From contig NC_090354.1 in the NCBI RefSeq assembly GCF_035084215.1, positions 11,160,001 through 11,224,000 of the forward strand: a stretch of DNA of 64,000 nucleotides. Reading direction: 5' to 3'. The notes below the pieces were generated by a model. The model saw only the letters and a list, made by a program, of their open reading frames with translations. It did not search any database and was not told the origin of the DNA. Below are positions 27,656 through 39,854 of the stretch, in pieces. This DNA is from Heptranchias perlo. Taxonomy: Eukaryota. Made by a program: the position numbers and the translations under genes. The first letter of the stretch is position 1, and each line of letters begins with the position of its first letter.

Positions 27656-28479
27656 AGGAAACTAATTATCAAGGCTTTAAAATATAGCTTATAGTGACAA
27701 TAATTCATGTAAATTTAAATGGGTACAGGAATGTAGTGGTTTAAATTCCATCATGGCAAAATGTGGAACTAAATTCAATAAATTTGGTAATTTGTGGGCT
27801 GACGCCAGAAAAAATGATCATAAAAGCTACCGAATTAAAAACTCAACTGACAGGAAGAAAACCTGTCATCCCTACCTGTTCTGGCCTACATGCAAATCTA
27901 GTCCCACATCACAATGCATAGCAAGCCAATCAGTTGTAAAAATAATCGCTACAAGGCAGAATAGGAGTTCAGCAAGTCAAGACGTAGGCCCACCACCTTA
28001 TAAACAAAATCCTCTCTCTTACTCTACTCCTGAAAGCATTGGCTGAGTTACTATTCCACAGATGATGGGAGCCCTCCAAAACTGCATCCAAGATATTCTT
28101 TGTGTGTAAACTTTCAACAGAGAGTGCTGGCTGTTGCACGGAGTACTTGCGCAGTGGCCTTGAATGGAGAGATAAACATCACTATCGTGCTCTCGACTGA
28201 CCTGAAGCAATGGCACAAACTGCTGTCAGGCTGCCAACGGTATAGCAGTTCACAGCTACCCAGGGAAATATTTAAGCATAAACGATTGTGGTATCGCTGC
28301 CAAGCCTGGCCTTGGCCTCACCAAACATCCAAGCAGGAGTAATCGGATAGCTTGGTCAGTTCCACCCCTTCAGCCCAGGCATAGTGCTACTCCACCTGAG
28401 CTCAGTTTACTCAGTCCAAATCAGGAATTGAAGCTGGAGCCTTCCTGATCTGTGTAATCTCAATACCACACCAGGCTGA

Positions 28480-29520
28480 GTTACACGATCTCAACTTCTA
28501 GCATCAAAAGTCATGGCATCCAGCAAGCTGATCAAGAATTCAGTCTTGGCTTCTTAGGCAGCTAGTCTTTTTCTAGCCAGAAACTTCTGATACTGACCCC
28601 TAAAAAGCTTGATAACTCCAGCATTCATTGGCTGAAGCTGAGAAGAGATGTTCTTTGGAAGACGGACAAGTTCCAAGTTCATTAGCCAGAAATTGCAGGG
28701 CAGATATTCATAATGATTAACACGCTTCAACCCTGAGCTCGAAATTTTCTGTCCAGAGATCGAATGTACTCCTCAGTTAACCAGGATTGCCGATTGAAAT
28801 GGTAATCAATGCCTCCAGGGAAGTGTCTAACAGTTTTGGAACATCTTGGCCGCTCACTTTTACTGATGAACGGAAGAGGAGACTTCTCAGATCCGTCCAC
28901 ACTGGTGCTCAGAAGAATCACTTGCTCCTTGCTCCATTTCCCACAAACGCACATCTTGTCGCCAAAGGGAAAGTTCCCCCACCCTCGGCAGGAGCTTCCA
29001 GAAAAGTCCCGCTTCAACAAGGTTGAACACATCACACGGCAATACTTTTGAAGTAAGGCAGGCAGAGTTGATGACACAATTAGTTTATCATTTCAGGGGT
29101 CACTTCATTGGCTTCTCCAACCATTATCTTATGAGTTATGACATGAACTTTTTTTTATAAAATCTCTTGATCCATCCCAAGTTGACTTTAGAGCGATCAC
29201 TAAACCTGACTTCTTCTGTGATTTTGACAGCTTTTTCCAATATAATTTGTTCTGAAATTGCAGGGAGATTTTTTTAACATGCTGCCTTGAACAATTTAAG
29301 AAGTTCTGTTCCAACATCATTGAGTTTATAAGTGTGCAACTACTTCATGTCACTTCTGACCCGTTTCAAGACAGAATCTCGTTGTTCTTTGTAGATTTTG
29401 CTGATGATTGTGAGTGACACCATACACTTGTGCTAACTGAGTCAGTGACTTTGACTTTTGTCCAGAGCAGTAATACTTTCGTACATGTGACTCAAATTCT
29501 GATCTGTACGCTTTTTTTAA
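28480..29520 (-). mobile_element. Fossil pogo/Tigger (Tc1-mariner superfamily) transposase
   Basis: Across frames: an HTH_psq-like start (KKRTDQNL..ALDKSQ..KYGV), CENP-B HTH (IILEKAVKI..LGWIKRF), and DDE segments GKWSKEQVILL..DGSEKSPL..KSERPRC, WLTEE..LDRKF, LELVRLPKNISSQLQPMNAGVIK, ISLLDAM. Many stops and frameshifts. Confidence 0.85.
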
Positions 29521-29676
29521 AAAAGAACCACCCCTTGTAGGAAGCCCCGCCTATGTAGGAAGATGGAGCAATTATAAGCAAACAGTCTGGTCAGGTCAAT
29601 CTGTGGTTGTTAAAATTTGCACATGGAATGAAAACTTCAGACTGTATAATATCATTCGATCTTCTGTTAATTTTTT

Positions 29677-30128
29677 GTTGAGTAGATTGGGACTCTACTC
29701 ATTGGAGTTCAGAAGAATGAAAGGCGATCTTATTGAAACATATAAGATTGTGAAGGGGCTTGATCGGGTGAATGCGGTGAGGATGTTCCCAAGGATGGGT
29801 GAAACTAGAACGAGGGGGCATAATCTTAGAATAAGGGGCTGCTCTTTCAAAACTGAGATGAGGAGAAACTGCTTCACTCAGAGGGTAGTAGGTCTGTGGA
29901 ATTTGCTGCCCCAGGAAGCTGTGGAAGCTACATCATTAAATAAATTTAAAACAGAAATAGACAGTTTCCTAGAAGTAAAGGGAATTAGGGGTTACGGGGA
30001 GTGGGCAGGAAATTGGACATGAATTTAGATTTGAGGTTAGGATCAGATCAGCCATGATCTTATTGAATGGCGGAGCAGGCTCGAGGGGCCGATTGGCCTA
30101 CTCCTGCTCCTATTTCTTATGCTCTTAT
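29677..30128 (+). mobile_element. 5'-truncated CR1 LINE 3' end
   Basis: LSRLGLYSLEFRRMKGDLIETYK followed by a tail ending ctcctgctcctatttcttatg; near-identical to 50081-50452 on the minus strand. Confidence 0.92.
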
Positions 30129-31408
30129 TAATCCAGACTGCAGACAATTTATAACAATATACGGCTATAACAATATGCAAACTCAAATGTATAAAAAAAC
30201 ATATCAAGCACAGCTGGGAACGGTCGTCATTATGTGGATTATAACAATAGGTGACTTATTATGCACACTTGACTGTATTTCAATACAATTAAAACAGTAC
30301 ACTGTGTGCCTGTGTGCATCACACTCCATGGGCACTCCGTCACACATATAAGTTTCTGTGTCACACTTTAAAAAAGGTATAAAGAAAGCTAGTCATTTGA
30401 AATGGACTGAGCAATGTCTCCCCAGCAAACTGAAAATACCACAATGATATAGGAGTCAGAATGTCTGTAACCTATGACTGATGTTAACAACCATACTTTA
30501 AAATGAGTCAGGCTGAAGAGCAATTAAACTCTGATCGATTTTACCAAGTGTTTAACTTAATAACAGTTAGACTTTGTGACCTTAAAGCATCACCCTAGCA
30601 GCAGAATAATACACTGTACTATGTTTATTATACTACATAATACATTGTATTATGTTCCTATCCTTATAAAAAGACAGTCATTTTATTGTTTTCTTCTGAC
30701 TTACAGCCAGAAGTTTACAAGCAGTTACAGTTGCCCTCTGATTAACCCCAAGTGTTTAGAAGCAGCTCCAATGATCTGATTTTGCCTATTTAGACCACTT
30801 CTTCACAGTGAATAATTGGGCACTGGTCATAAAGGGAAAGACCCGATTAGTAGCTAAACATAACTATTCTCGAGAACTTAAAACGCTCATAACCTCCATC
30901 ATGGGAAACATGCTGGTTTTAAACTGACAATGCTCCTCTGTCATGTTACCGTGGTATAACCACATGATATAGCACCGTTGACAGTCAGCCATGGAAATAT
31001 TTAACATAATTATATGTTTTATGTAACAGCTCAACATTACAACACTGCTACAGATCCCAGACAATCATAGGTGAGATTAATACCTCAAGTGGTTGAGCGG
31101 TGACAGCCATCCAAATGACAAGTCTGAATTACACAGCTGTGAGTCAATCTCACTTCAGATGATCAGATCAGTTCTCAGTGATGCTGAATCAGATAGAGCA
31201 CGATACAACATACACTGTACTAACCTCCCTACTGGATGGAATGGCATTGACAGCAGTTGTAGGGAAACTTAGTGGCCTATATCTGTCCTGGACAACACAC
31301 AGTAGCAAACAGTTTGCAAGGGGAGAAACACTGAAATTATAAAATCAAACTGTGCATTAAAGTAAGCAATTTCAATCACAATATATTAAAGGTTATAAGC
31401 AAAATGGA

Positions 31409-31414
31409 TTTATT
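31409..31414 (-). terminator. Candidate GHDC polyadenylation signal (AATAAA)
   Basis: Minus-strand AATAAA about 510 nt after the stop codon; alternatives near 30623 and 30682. Confidence 0.35.
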
Positions 31415-31924
31415 GCAGAAAATAAAAGCATACATAATTATGCAAAGTAATAAACTGCAATTATTTGCAGTATCAATTGATTTCTCTTGAAGCTGTTTCA
31501 GTTCAGCAGCTCCCTCAGGGCAATGTCACTCTTGCAGGATGTATGAAGGCAGAAGTTTCAGTTCTTTTGAGCAGACCCATTTCACTCCTTTCACTGCAGA
31601 TGCCATCCATACACACACATACACATGTATATAGTATTACAAATAAATGGATATTGGCAAAGCTTACAAGAAATATTTTTCCATCAGGGTTGGTTCAGTG
31701 TGCCTATTATGCCTGCACACAGCCTGACTGTTCCCCAGTGCGAATTTCATGATTAATCGCTACAAAAGATAGAAACCAAATCAGTCAGACAAGTCTGGGA
31801 AGGAACTCCATCCATGAAGGGATGGTGGCCATTATCAATCCTACATAACGAAGAGGTGAATGAGAACAAAAGTGCAAAGTGCCAATTTAAGAAGGAAAAA
31901 CATAAAAATGTATGAGCAAAGGCT

Positions 31925-32146
31925 TCATGAAATTACTTTTCTTTGAATAAAGTCCAAAAATTCTTTTTTTCTTAGAACGCGATGCATTTTGAACTGACTG
32001 TAGGAAGTGCCTAAATTTGCGATGATAAAATTCATTAGCTCTTTGAAGCTGCCTGCTGCCACAATATGAACTCTCACTGGTCCAATGCTACCCTTGCGTC
32101 TACACGACTGATAGACCATCGAATCCTCCTGAAGGCATTGGTCCAG
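31925..32146 (-). CDS. GHDC: GH3 domain-containing protein, last coding exon
   Basis: Acceptor ctttag|CTG; LDQCLQEDSMVYQSCRRKGSIGPVRVHIV...KMHRVLRKKEFLDFIQRKVIS*; 222 nt. Confidence 0.93.
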   Translation of the reverse strand: MDQCLQEDSMVYQSCRRKGSIGPVRVHIVAAGSFKELMNFIIANLGTSYSQFKMHRVLRKKEFLDFIQRKVIS

Positions 32147-32506
32147 CTAAAGAGAAAAGAAAGAGGACATTAATACAAATGTATTTGAAAAAACGCTGTA
32201 TACAACATATGATTATCATAATGGTGCAACTTAGTTTTTTGCTAGTTAATCACATAATAAATCAAAAATTAACTACAACTCTCCTGATGGGTCAGTAGGT
32301 AAACACGCCACTCGGTGTGGTCATGAGCCACTCAGAATAGGACAGTCCCAGGTTTTAACCCAGTTTATGCTGAGTTAGCTGATTTCTATAATGTGATTAT
32401 CAGTCAGCATCACACATCAATAGCTTGACAAACCCAAGGGAAGAAAAAACAACTTCAAGTTTTAACAAACTCTCTCCATACAGGACAATAAGAAATAGCC
32501 TCTCAC

Positions 32507-32595
32507 CTTGTAACGCTGATCCTCTGACAAGTTTCTGACTCCTTTTATCTCCACAAAAACTTCATAATGAGGATCTGAACCACCACAAAATGGTC
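32507..32595 (-). CDS. GHDC: GH3 domain-containing protein, coding exon 6
   Basis: ttacag|GA...AAG|gtgaga; PFCGGSDPHYEVFVEIKGVRNLSEDQRYK; 89 nt, phase 1 to 0; absent from the ORF track. Confidence 0.93.
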
Positions 32596-33004
32596 CTGTA
32601 AGAAGAAATTTGAATTATCTGTGATACATTGGCACAAATCAGCATAGCCCAGTGTTTCAGCACTTAATTTTACAATGGACAGTAAAGCACTTTACAAGAG
32701 TTTTAAATTAAAATCAGGCTACTTTATAATATTACATGCAGTTTTGCAGATTTACAGTATTTGAGTTTACTAATATCCATTATCTCCACACAGGCCGATA
32801 GAAATCAGCCTTTGGAGGTCACAGTTGAGGACCAGATTGTAATTATCAATTCATTAGTCTCCTGTGGTGACATTTTATTAATAAACTGCTGAAATTTACC
32901 AATGTACTAAACTATATTAATTTTCCTTAATAAAAAAGTAGCTACATAAATTACTTTACAGTTTGTCATAATACTTACCCAGAGTAATATATTGGTACAT
33001 TGAA

Positions 33005-33420
33005 GGAAAGAAAGAACTTGCATTTATGTAGTGCTTTATCAGGTCTTCGGGCTATCCCAAAGTAATTTATAACCAATTAATTAATTTTGAATTGCAATCA
33101 CTGGTATGTGGTCAAATGTAAAAGTTAATTTATACGCAGCAAGGTCCCACAGACAGCAGAGGAGAGATTAATGCCCAGTTAATCTGTTTTTGGCGGTGTT
33201 GGTTGAGGGAGCAATGTTGGCCACCACTATCGTGATGGCAAATATATCAATATTTTTGCTACAAAGGTAATCTGCTTTACAGTATCTAGTCTAGAAAACT
33301 CCCCGCTCTTCTTTGAATCGTGTCATTGGATCTTTTACACATCTAAACTACTGGAAAAGGCCTCAGTTTAATAATTCACCAGAAAGACAAAACAGCGCTC
33401 CCTCAATACTGCAATGAAAT
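33005..33420 (-). mobile_element. Deu-domain SINE
   Basis: Reverse complement of the Deu core and tail (aagaacttgcattt...cagttaatctgtttttgg...ttggttgagggag...aactccccgctcttcttt). Confidence 0.6.
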
Positions 33421-34141
33421 ATAGAAAGAAAGAACTTGGATAGGCCTGGATTATGCACTTTCGTACTTGAACTCACAACTTTCTGACCCAAAAGCGAGTA
33501 CTACTAACTGAGCAAAGCTGACATTGGTGCATCTAATACGTTCCTGGGGTTTGGCTTCATCAGTAGGTATGAAAAGTCTTACAAATATCATATGATTTAT
33601 AACACCATTTATGGGTCTTATAGGGTTGATGCATTGTTCACTATGGAACACTAGAAGATTGGTAGTTTGCAGCTATCCTGTGACTTTCTTGTGGAGTGGT
33701 CTAGGTTTGTGTGGAAGGTGTCTGGCTGTGTGGCCTTCCAGGAATGAGTTCCAGGCAACGTCCGTACATCACCATTCCCGACTGGTTTCATGTCCTGTTG
33801 ATGCTTCACCCATATTTTGCTGTGCAGTGAGTTGTGCTTTTTTGTGGATGGGAGCGGGCTCACATTTTTGTCTAACTGTATGCAGCTTGCCCACTGGTTT
33901 TGGCCCCCAGCTTCAAAAATGTGGGAATCCTTGGCATAGGGGAGGTATCAGTATCCCTAATCGCATCTGTGGATGAGCTGCGCCCGCAAAGGACATGAAC
34001 ACTGGGTTATCAGGCTGGATTTAGGTGCCAGTGTTGGGGTTAGGATGGTAGGTTACTGAGGGAGAGTTGGAGAGTGACTGATGCACAGTCAGCAATAGCA
34101 TGAATGCTGCAAACACACAATAAAATCATGTTTGAAGTATG

Positions 34142-34352
34142 TAAGGAATCTTACAACACCAGGTTATAGTCCAACTGTTTTATTTGAAAATCACAAGCTT
34201 TCGGAGGCTTTCTCCTTCGTCAGGTGAGCGACACCTGACGAAGGAGAAAGCCTCCGAAAGCTTGTGATTTTCAAATAAAACAGTTGGACTATAACCTGGT
34301 GTTGTAAGATTCCTTACATTTGTCAACCCCAGTCCATCACCGACATCTCCAC
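34142..34352. mobile_element. Truncated, 5'-inverted Penelope-like element terminus (palindromic) with 17-bp TSD
   Basis: Perfect 88-bp inverted repeat 34139-34226 / 34232-34319. Direct repeat atcatgtttgaagtatg at 34125-34141 and 34353-34369. Same family as 54663-54783. Confidence 0.85.
34232..34266 (+). ncRNA. Minimal type I hammerhead ribozyme motif (mirror copy on the minus strand at 34192-34226)
   Basis: CAC-CUGACGA-A-GGAG(AAAGC)CUCC-GAA-AGCU-U-GUG: conserved core boxes, stem II, palindromic AGCU at stem III, stem I CAC/GUG. Confidence 0.7.
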
Positions 34353-35547
34353 ATCATGTTTGAAGTATGAATGACAAAACGAATCACAAGCTCCCATGCA
34401 GCAAATTCACAATCTCAACTCTGTCATTGGGGGAGATGTTCTGGGTATGTCCCACCCCCACCAACTCTCACCTATTTGGAGCGTGGCTCATTTTAGTTTA
34501 ACAGTGTAATCTAATTAGATTTGACTCCCTCTGGAAAAATAAGCCATTCCATCGGTGAATGGAGCATAAATATATAAATGAGTTTGTAGTCTGTCACTCT
34601 GACTGTAAAACTCAGTAATATTCTATCCCTGATGTTGACAGTCTGACCTGGCCCCAAGGTTCCCCAAGTGGAGAAGACCAGATGGTTGGCTTTCTCACAC
34701 CTTTGAGTGGCATTGCAAATCAAATAATGCTGCAAAACTGGAAGTCTCGTGCCATACCCACATCTCCAGATGACAGACGGATAGGGCAAACCAACCAAGA
34801 TTTGCAAATGGAAAAGATGCACTGCTCAAAACAATGTGGTCTCAGTTATCACCCACGATGAGTATCTAACTCTCAATCCTCTGATTTCACCTCAAGCTCT
34901 CACTCAGAACCACAGCACCCCACTGCTATCTGATGGGTTATCTCATATGCATTACTGGGCTCCCATCATCATCTGTATGCCTGGTCTCCTATTTTGTAGG
35001 AAGGATCACATTATATACAATGCTTGAAATAAGGTTTTTATTTATAAAAATATGCACTTTTTGGCGAATTGATTTGTGGTCAAAGTAAAGAATGTTGGTG
35101 CTGGGCAATGGAACATTTTTCTTTTTTTGGCACTAAGTTTCAGTAACACTCCCAGGTCAATTATAGTTCAGCTAGACACAGAGCAAAGCTTCCTGTCCAC
35201 TAGCCAAACTATGTGCCTCAGCCACAACCTCAAAGGACCTCCTCTCACTGCACCAGCATGAAATTTCCCTCTCACCCACCAAACTGCTCTTGTGTCATCA
35301 CTGACTTGAGATTGCCAATTTAATACCAATTTTAGGCTGCGAACTAAAGGACTGGGGCTGCCCAAAACTGTCTGCATTTATAACACTAGATCTGTCGAGG
35401 AAGATGCTCATCTGTTTTTTCACCCAGTCTGGCTGGATTTGTACCCATGTCAACGGTGAAAGGGTATTTTAACAACTCACTGCACCAGCCCCCTTCCCTC
35501 TCAAACCTTTCAACAGTTACCAAGCAGGTAATTTGGCTTTTTCTTAC

Positions 35548-35681
35548 CCAAAAGGCTGCTCTCTACACAACAGTAATCAAGGAGCACAGCTCCAGGCCAC
35601 AGCTTAACAGCTCGCAGCAGTGCTTGATAGAATGTCTTCTCCGTGATTTTCTCTCCTCTCACATTCAACATCTGATCTTGT
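35548..35681 (-). CDS. GHDC: GH3 domain-containing protein, coding exon 5
   Basis: tgtcag|A...G|gtaaga; QDQMLNVRGEKITEKTFYQALLRAVKLWPGAVLLDYCCVESSLL; 134 nt. Confidence 0.95.
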
Positions 35682-35784
35682 CTGACAAAGTAAAATGAAC
35701 AAATGTCAAGGTTTAGACATTCAGTAAAATAATTTACAGAGAACAAAATAAATGGATCAAAGTGGCGAAATTAAACCTACATAC

Positions 35785-35856
35785 CTGTACTTAAATTCAA
35801 CGACTGGGCACTGATTGTGGAAACCCACCACCTTTACAATATCCCCAATCCGGTAT
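35785..35856 (-). CDS. GHDC: GH3 domain-containing protein, coding exon 4
   Basis: tttcag|A...AG|gtatgt; YRIGDIVKVVGFHNQCPVVEFKY; 72 nt; GH3 motif III. Confidence 0.95.
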
Positions 35857-36399
35857 CTGAAAAGATCAACAATATCACACACTTGAAAACACAAGTTGTT
35901 TTGGAGCATCGCACGAGAGAATGGGAAATCTTTAAAGTTCAGTTTTAAGTTTTGTTTTCATTTAAACTGCAGGAGGACAATACTTTCTACTATTGCTCCA
36001 TGGGGGCAGACTCTGCAATATGGGATAGTGTCTTTGATTCCCCAAATGGCATATTTGCTAACTTTACTCAAGCAGTTGCAGAAAGTAGTGAGCAAAGGAG
36101 AGCAGCTGAGTTGAATGGGGCTTCTTAGCCCAGCAACTAGTTGCACAGTGGAATGTGAAGAGCTGGGAGTAGGTCTGTCCCCAGTTACACAGTGCAATGT
36201 AGAGAGGCTGGGAGCAGATTTGTCAACCCTTTCAGTTGTTTAATCTAAACAGTGAATTGGCGATAAACTGCAGCCTGTAGCTCTGCTGAGTTCTCGCCAT
36301 ATCAGTGCCCCAATGCACTGTGTAAAAGCTGACACTCAGAACACAAGAGGATTACAACAATAACCAACATATAGTGTTTTTGACATAGAAAATCATCCC

Positions 36400-36965
36400 A
36401 TGGTGCAGAGGCCAAAGTCAAAGGAATGGGAATGGGAAGTTTGGGGGAAGAGGGTTGTGAGGGGTTACAGAGATAGAAAGGTGCAAAGTCATGAAGAAAT
36501 TTAAATACGAGGATGAGAATTTTTAATTTGAAGGGGTTGAGGGACCAAGCGCCAATATAGGTCAGCAAGGACAGAGGTGATGGGTGATTAGGACTTGGGC
36601 ATCAGAGTTTTGGATGAGCTGAAGTTAGAGAGAATGAAAGATGGGAGGCCAGCCAGAAGAGCATTGGAAGAGTCAATTCTGGAGGTGACAAAGGCAAATG
36701 AGGGTTTCAGCAGCAGATGGGCTGAGATAGAGGTCAATGTTGCAAAGATGAAAGTAGAGTGTCTTTGTGATGGAGAGGATATGGGATCAGAAATTCAGCT
36801 TAGGGTTGAATAGGACATTGAGGCTGCAAACCTCTGGTTCAGTCCGAGACAGAGGACAGGGTGGGGGATGGAAGAGACGTTAAGAATCCGGAGCTTGTGG
36901 CAAGAGCAAAAGACAAAAGCTTCGATCTTATCAATGTTTATCTGGAGAAAACTGCGACCCATGCA
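36400..36965 (-). mobile_element. Degenerate L2 LINE fragment
   Basis: LKILILVFKFLHDFAPFYL and INIDKIEAFVF are typical L2 C-terminal motifs; similar to 58615-59360. Confidence 0.7.
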
Positions 36966-37969
36966 ATACTGGATGTTGCACACTAGCAGTCTGACAACTG
37001 CAATGCTTGGGTATTGAATTATTACAGTTAAACATATACTTTAGAACCTTGCTGCATATTTGATGACATTCAGGAGTACATTTCCAAACTTTTAATCTTT
37101 CTAAGTCCTTTAGCTTCCTTACAGTTTTCATGTGTGTTGGGTCCAGCATTAAATCTGCCACTTGCTTCTAACTGCAATTTAAATTGAAGTCATGTGTTCG
37201 GTGCAAAACTTCTATTTAGTTCTTAAATTTTCTGAAGCCTTTTTTTGTGGAATCAGTAGGATTTTTTCTATTTGATAATAATGTGACATGAATCTAATCT
37301 GTATTGGCATGTGACATTTTTCATATGAAACTGGCAGATTTCTTTTTTTTTTAAGTCCCATGACGGAGAGAGGTGCTGTTTCACAACAGATCATGTTAGA
37401 ATCAGAATACGATTCCTATCAACTGACAGATTGGGTGTTACTGAAAAATAACATACAAGGATATAATACCCATATGTGAAATATACAAGAGCATCAGGCA
37501 GTTCGGAGCGTGTTACAAACCTTTAACATGTTGAGAGTTTCAGATCAAAAATGGCAAGAGCAAAGCTTAAGAAGTTAATAGAAAAATGGATTTTGGGATT
37601 CATGTGACTTTGTAATACGTTATCAACACTTTAAAAGGGCAACATGGAGTAGCAGACAATTTTGTTAACAGGTTGTTCACATAGACGTACTGTATGATTA
37701 ACAGTTGTAATTTGTTACATGGAGCAAGATTGCCCTCTCCCCACTGTTTGAGGGTAATTTTTCTCCACTATTGCCCCCCCACCCCCTGCCCATCCCCACA
37801 TTCTCTCCCCTTGGTGGTGTGGCAGCCCAGGTGGTGGAGCAATCAATCCCACTCCCTGACCATTGCTGATACTGCTTGGAATCACCCCCAGCAAACGTGC
37901 ATGTCGAGTCCTGTAATGACTCTTCCTCAGGTCATTCCTTGTGGGAATGGATCTAACATCTGCGAGGCG

Positions 37970-38560
37970 GCTCCCCAAATGGCGGACATCTGGAACTGAG
38001 CGCTTGGGAGACTGAATCTGCTTCCCAACTTATAAGTAGGTCCCACAATAGTGGTCCAGTGTTTTGGTTACAGGAGCGGCTGAGTCTGAGAACCTACCTA
38101 ATATGCAGTGCAATGCCAGCAGCGGTCCTCAGGTAAGTAATGAAGGGGAGCGATCGGGGTGGGGGGGGAGAGCAGTGGCCCATGTACTTTGAATGTGGGG
38201 TTGGGAGGAGCGCTACTGCTATTCCCGGTTCCACATGTAAGTATATAATAAAATCTTACCTTGATTTTGTCTAACAGGCAGTTCCTATAAGGTTCGCCTG
38301 TTAGGCTGCACGAAGACTTGGTTTTCTTGAGTGCAGCCAGCACCAGCGCTGGCTGTCTCAGAGCAAACTCATCTTGCTGTGGGGGCCTCAAACAGGCATT
38401 AGGACCCTTATTTGCAAATGCAAAGGGCCCATCACCTATTTCAGGCGTGGGCACTTCACACCAATTTTTTGGCCTTTAGCAATAGGGTGGGCAGAGCACC
38501 TCCTGGTCATAATGAGCGGGCGCTTCCTGCCCACCGCACTGGAGGTTGATTAGTGTCCAA
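37970..38560. mobile_element. GC-rich interspersed (MITE-like) repeat
   Basis: Shares blocks with 20499-21298 (ccttatttgcaaat, caggtaagt, ccacat/ccacaa); no coding homology. Confidence 0.4.
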
Positions 38561-39074
38561 AAAACTAGTGCTGCACAGCCGAGTTTCTCGGCCACTGTAT
38601 CCATTGCTGTCCCTGAACTGTATAACTTGAATGTAGTAGACTAGAATGATCGACAGAAACTGCTTATATTCTTGGGCACAAATACGACACGGCCAACTGT
38701 TCCAATCACCATGAAAATGCCTCCCTTGCCTTCCAGTTAAAAAAAATAGGCTTAAATCAAAACCCAAAAATCCAGTAAATACTTAACTATTTCATGGTGT
38801 GTAACCAGACTTAAAAGGAAAAAATGTTGCACTAGGCTCATTAGTGCATGTGCTCAACTGCTTTATGTTAGCAACATTTTAAAAGCTGACCAGGGAGCAG
38901 CAGACAATATTGTTAACAGTATTGTTCATGTATACTTAATGAATGATGGACGGATGCAATTTGCTCCATGAAGACTCAGGAGTCTAGGTAACACTTTTAA
39001 AAGATGTTAACAATGCAGCAGTGAGCCTGACAGACATCGCTGTAGCAACGCAAATTTGTACTTATTTTTAAAAA

Positions 39075-39480
39075 GCCACTCACAGCTCTGCCAATAAATC
39101 AGTTGGTAAATGCGGTGACCATTGTGGGCCGAGCCATGCAGAGTGGAAAGATCCCAGGCTCAAGCTGCCCTCAGATAGACTATCGATACAGGTACTACAG
39201 ACTATAGCTTGACCGAGCAGCCTTGGGCTGCTGGAGGGGGGGGGGTGGGAAGAGAAGAGAGAGATAAATAACTGGGGATTCTGCTTCTCATCGCTTTCTA
39301 GCATCCCTGCATGGATGTCAGCTGAGGACATTATCTGGCTCAGCTGTGATTTTGAATTGCTTGCTAACACATACTATCTAGGCTTATGTGAAGAATGACC
39401 ACTTGAGCAGAGTACTTAAGGGCTGCTGGCACTGCCAGAACTCTACTCCACCATGAGTAAATGACTGCAGGAGAAAACGG
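39075..39480 (+). mobile_element. LF-SINE-like element
   Basis: cagttggtaaatgc...gagccatgcaga...atctggctcagctgtgat...gtgaagaatgaccacttg. Confidence 0.55.
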
Positions 39481-39854
39481 GAGCAGGCAATAATGAAGGT
39501 GGAGCAGTGAAACGGACAAATGGTGAGGCAATGGCACTGTCATTGTTTGAACAGTTCTAGTTTATCAAAACATTTGTGTTAGTTAGGGAATTCTGTGCGT
39601 TATGTCTAGGCTTCCTCAGACTACATTGGATGAGAGACAGAGGACATTTTACGGTCAGCACAAAATTTATATCACAGCACCACACTGTGGCTAAGTGAGG
39701 GTAATACACTATCATACAACAACAACGAGGCCCTCACAGGATCAATTCTACTTTCCCAAAGATGAACTCAATATGCATTTGGTCTCATCAAATGTACAAC
39801 TGGATATATCAAAAAGCACATCTCAACACAAGCTGCAGTTAATCTTAGAGGCTC

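Noticed and set aside
12000-31900. HCRT (orexin) or KCNH4 expected from human synteny
   Set aside because: No CCRQKTCSC or GNHAAGILTL motifs and no PAS or channel motifs found by eye on either strand; these genes probably lie outside the window.
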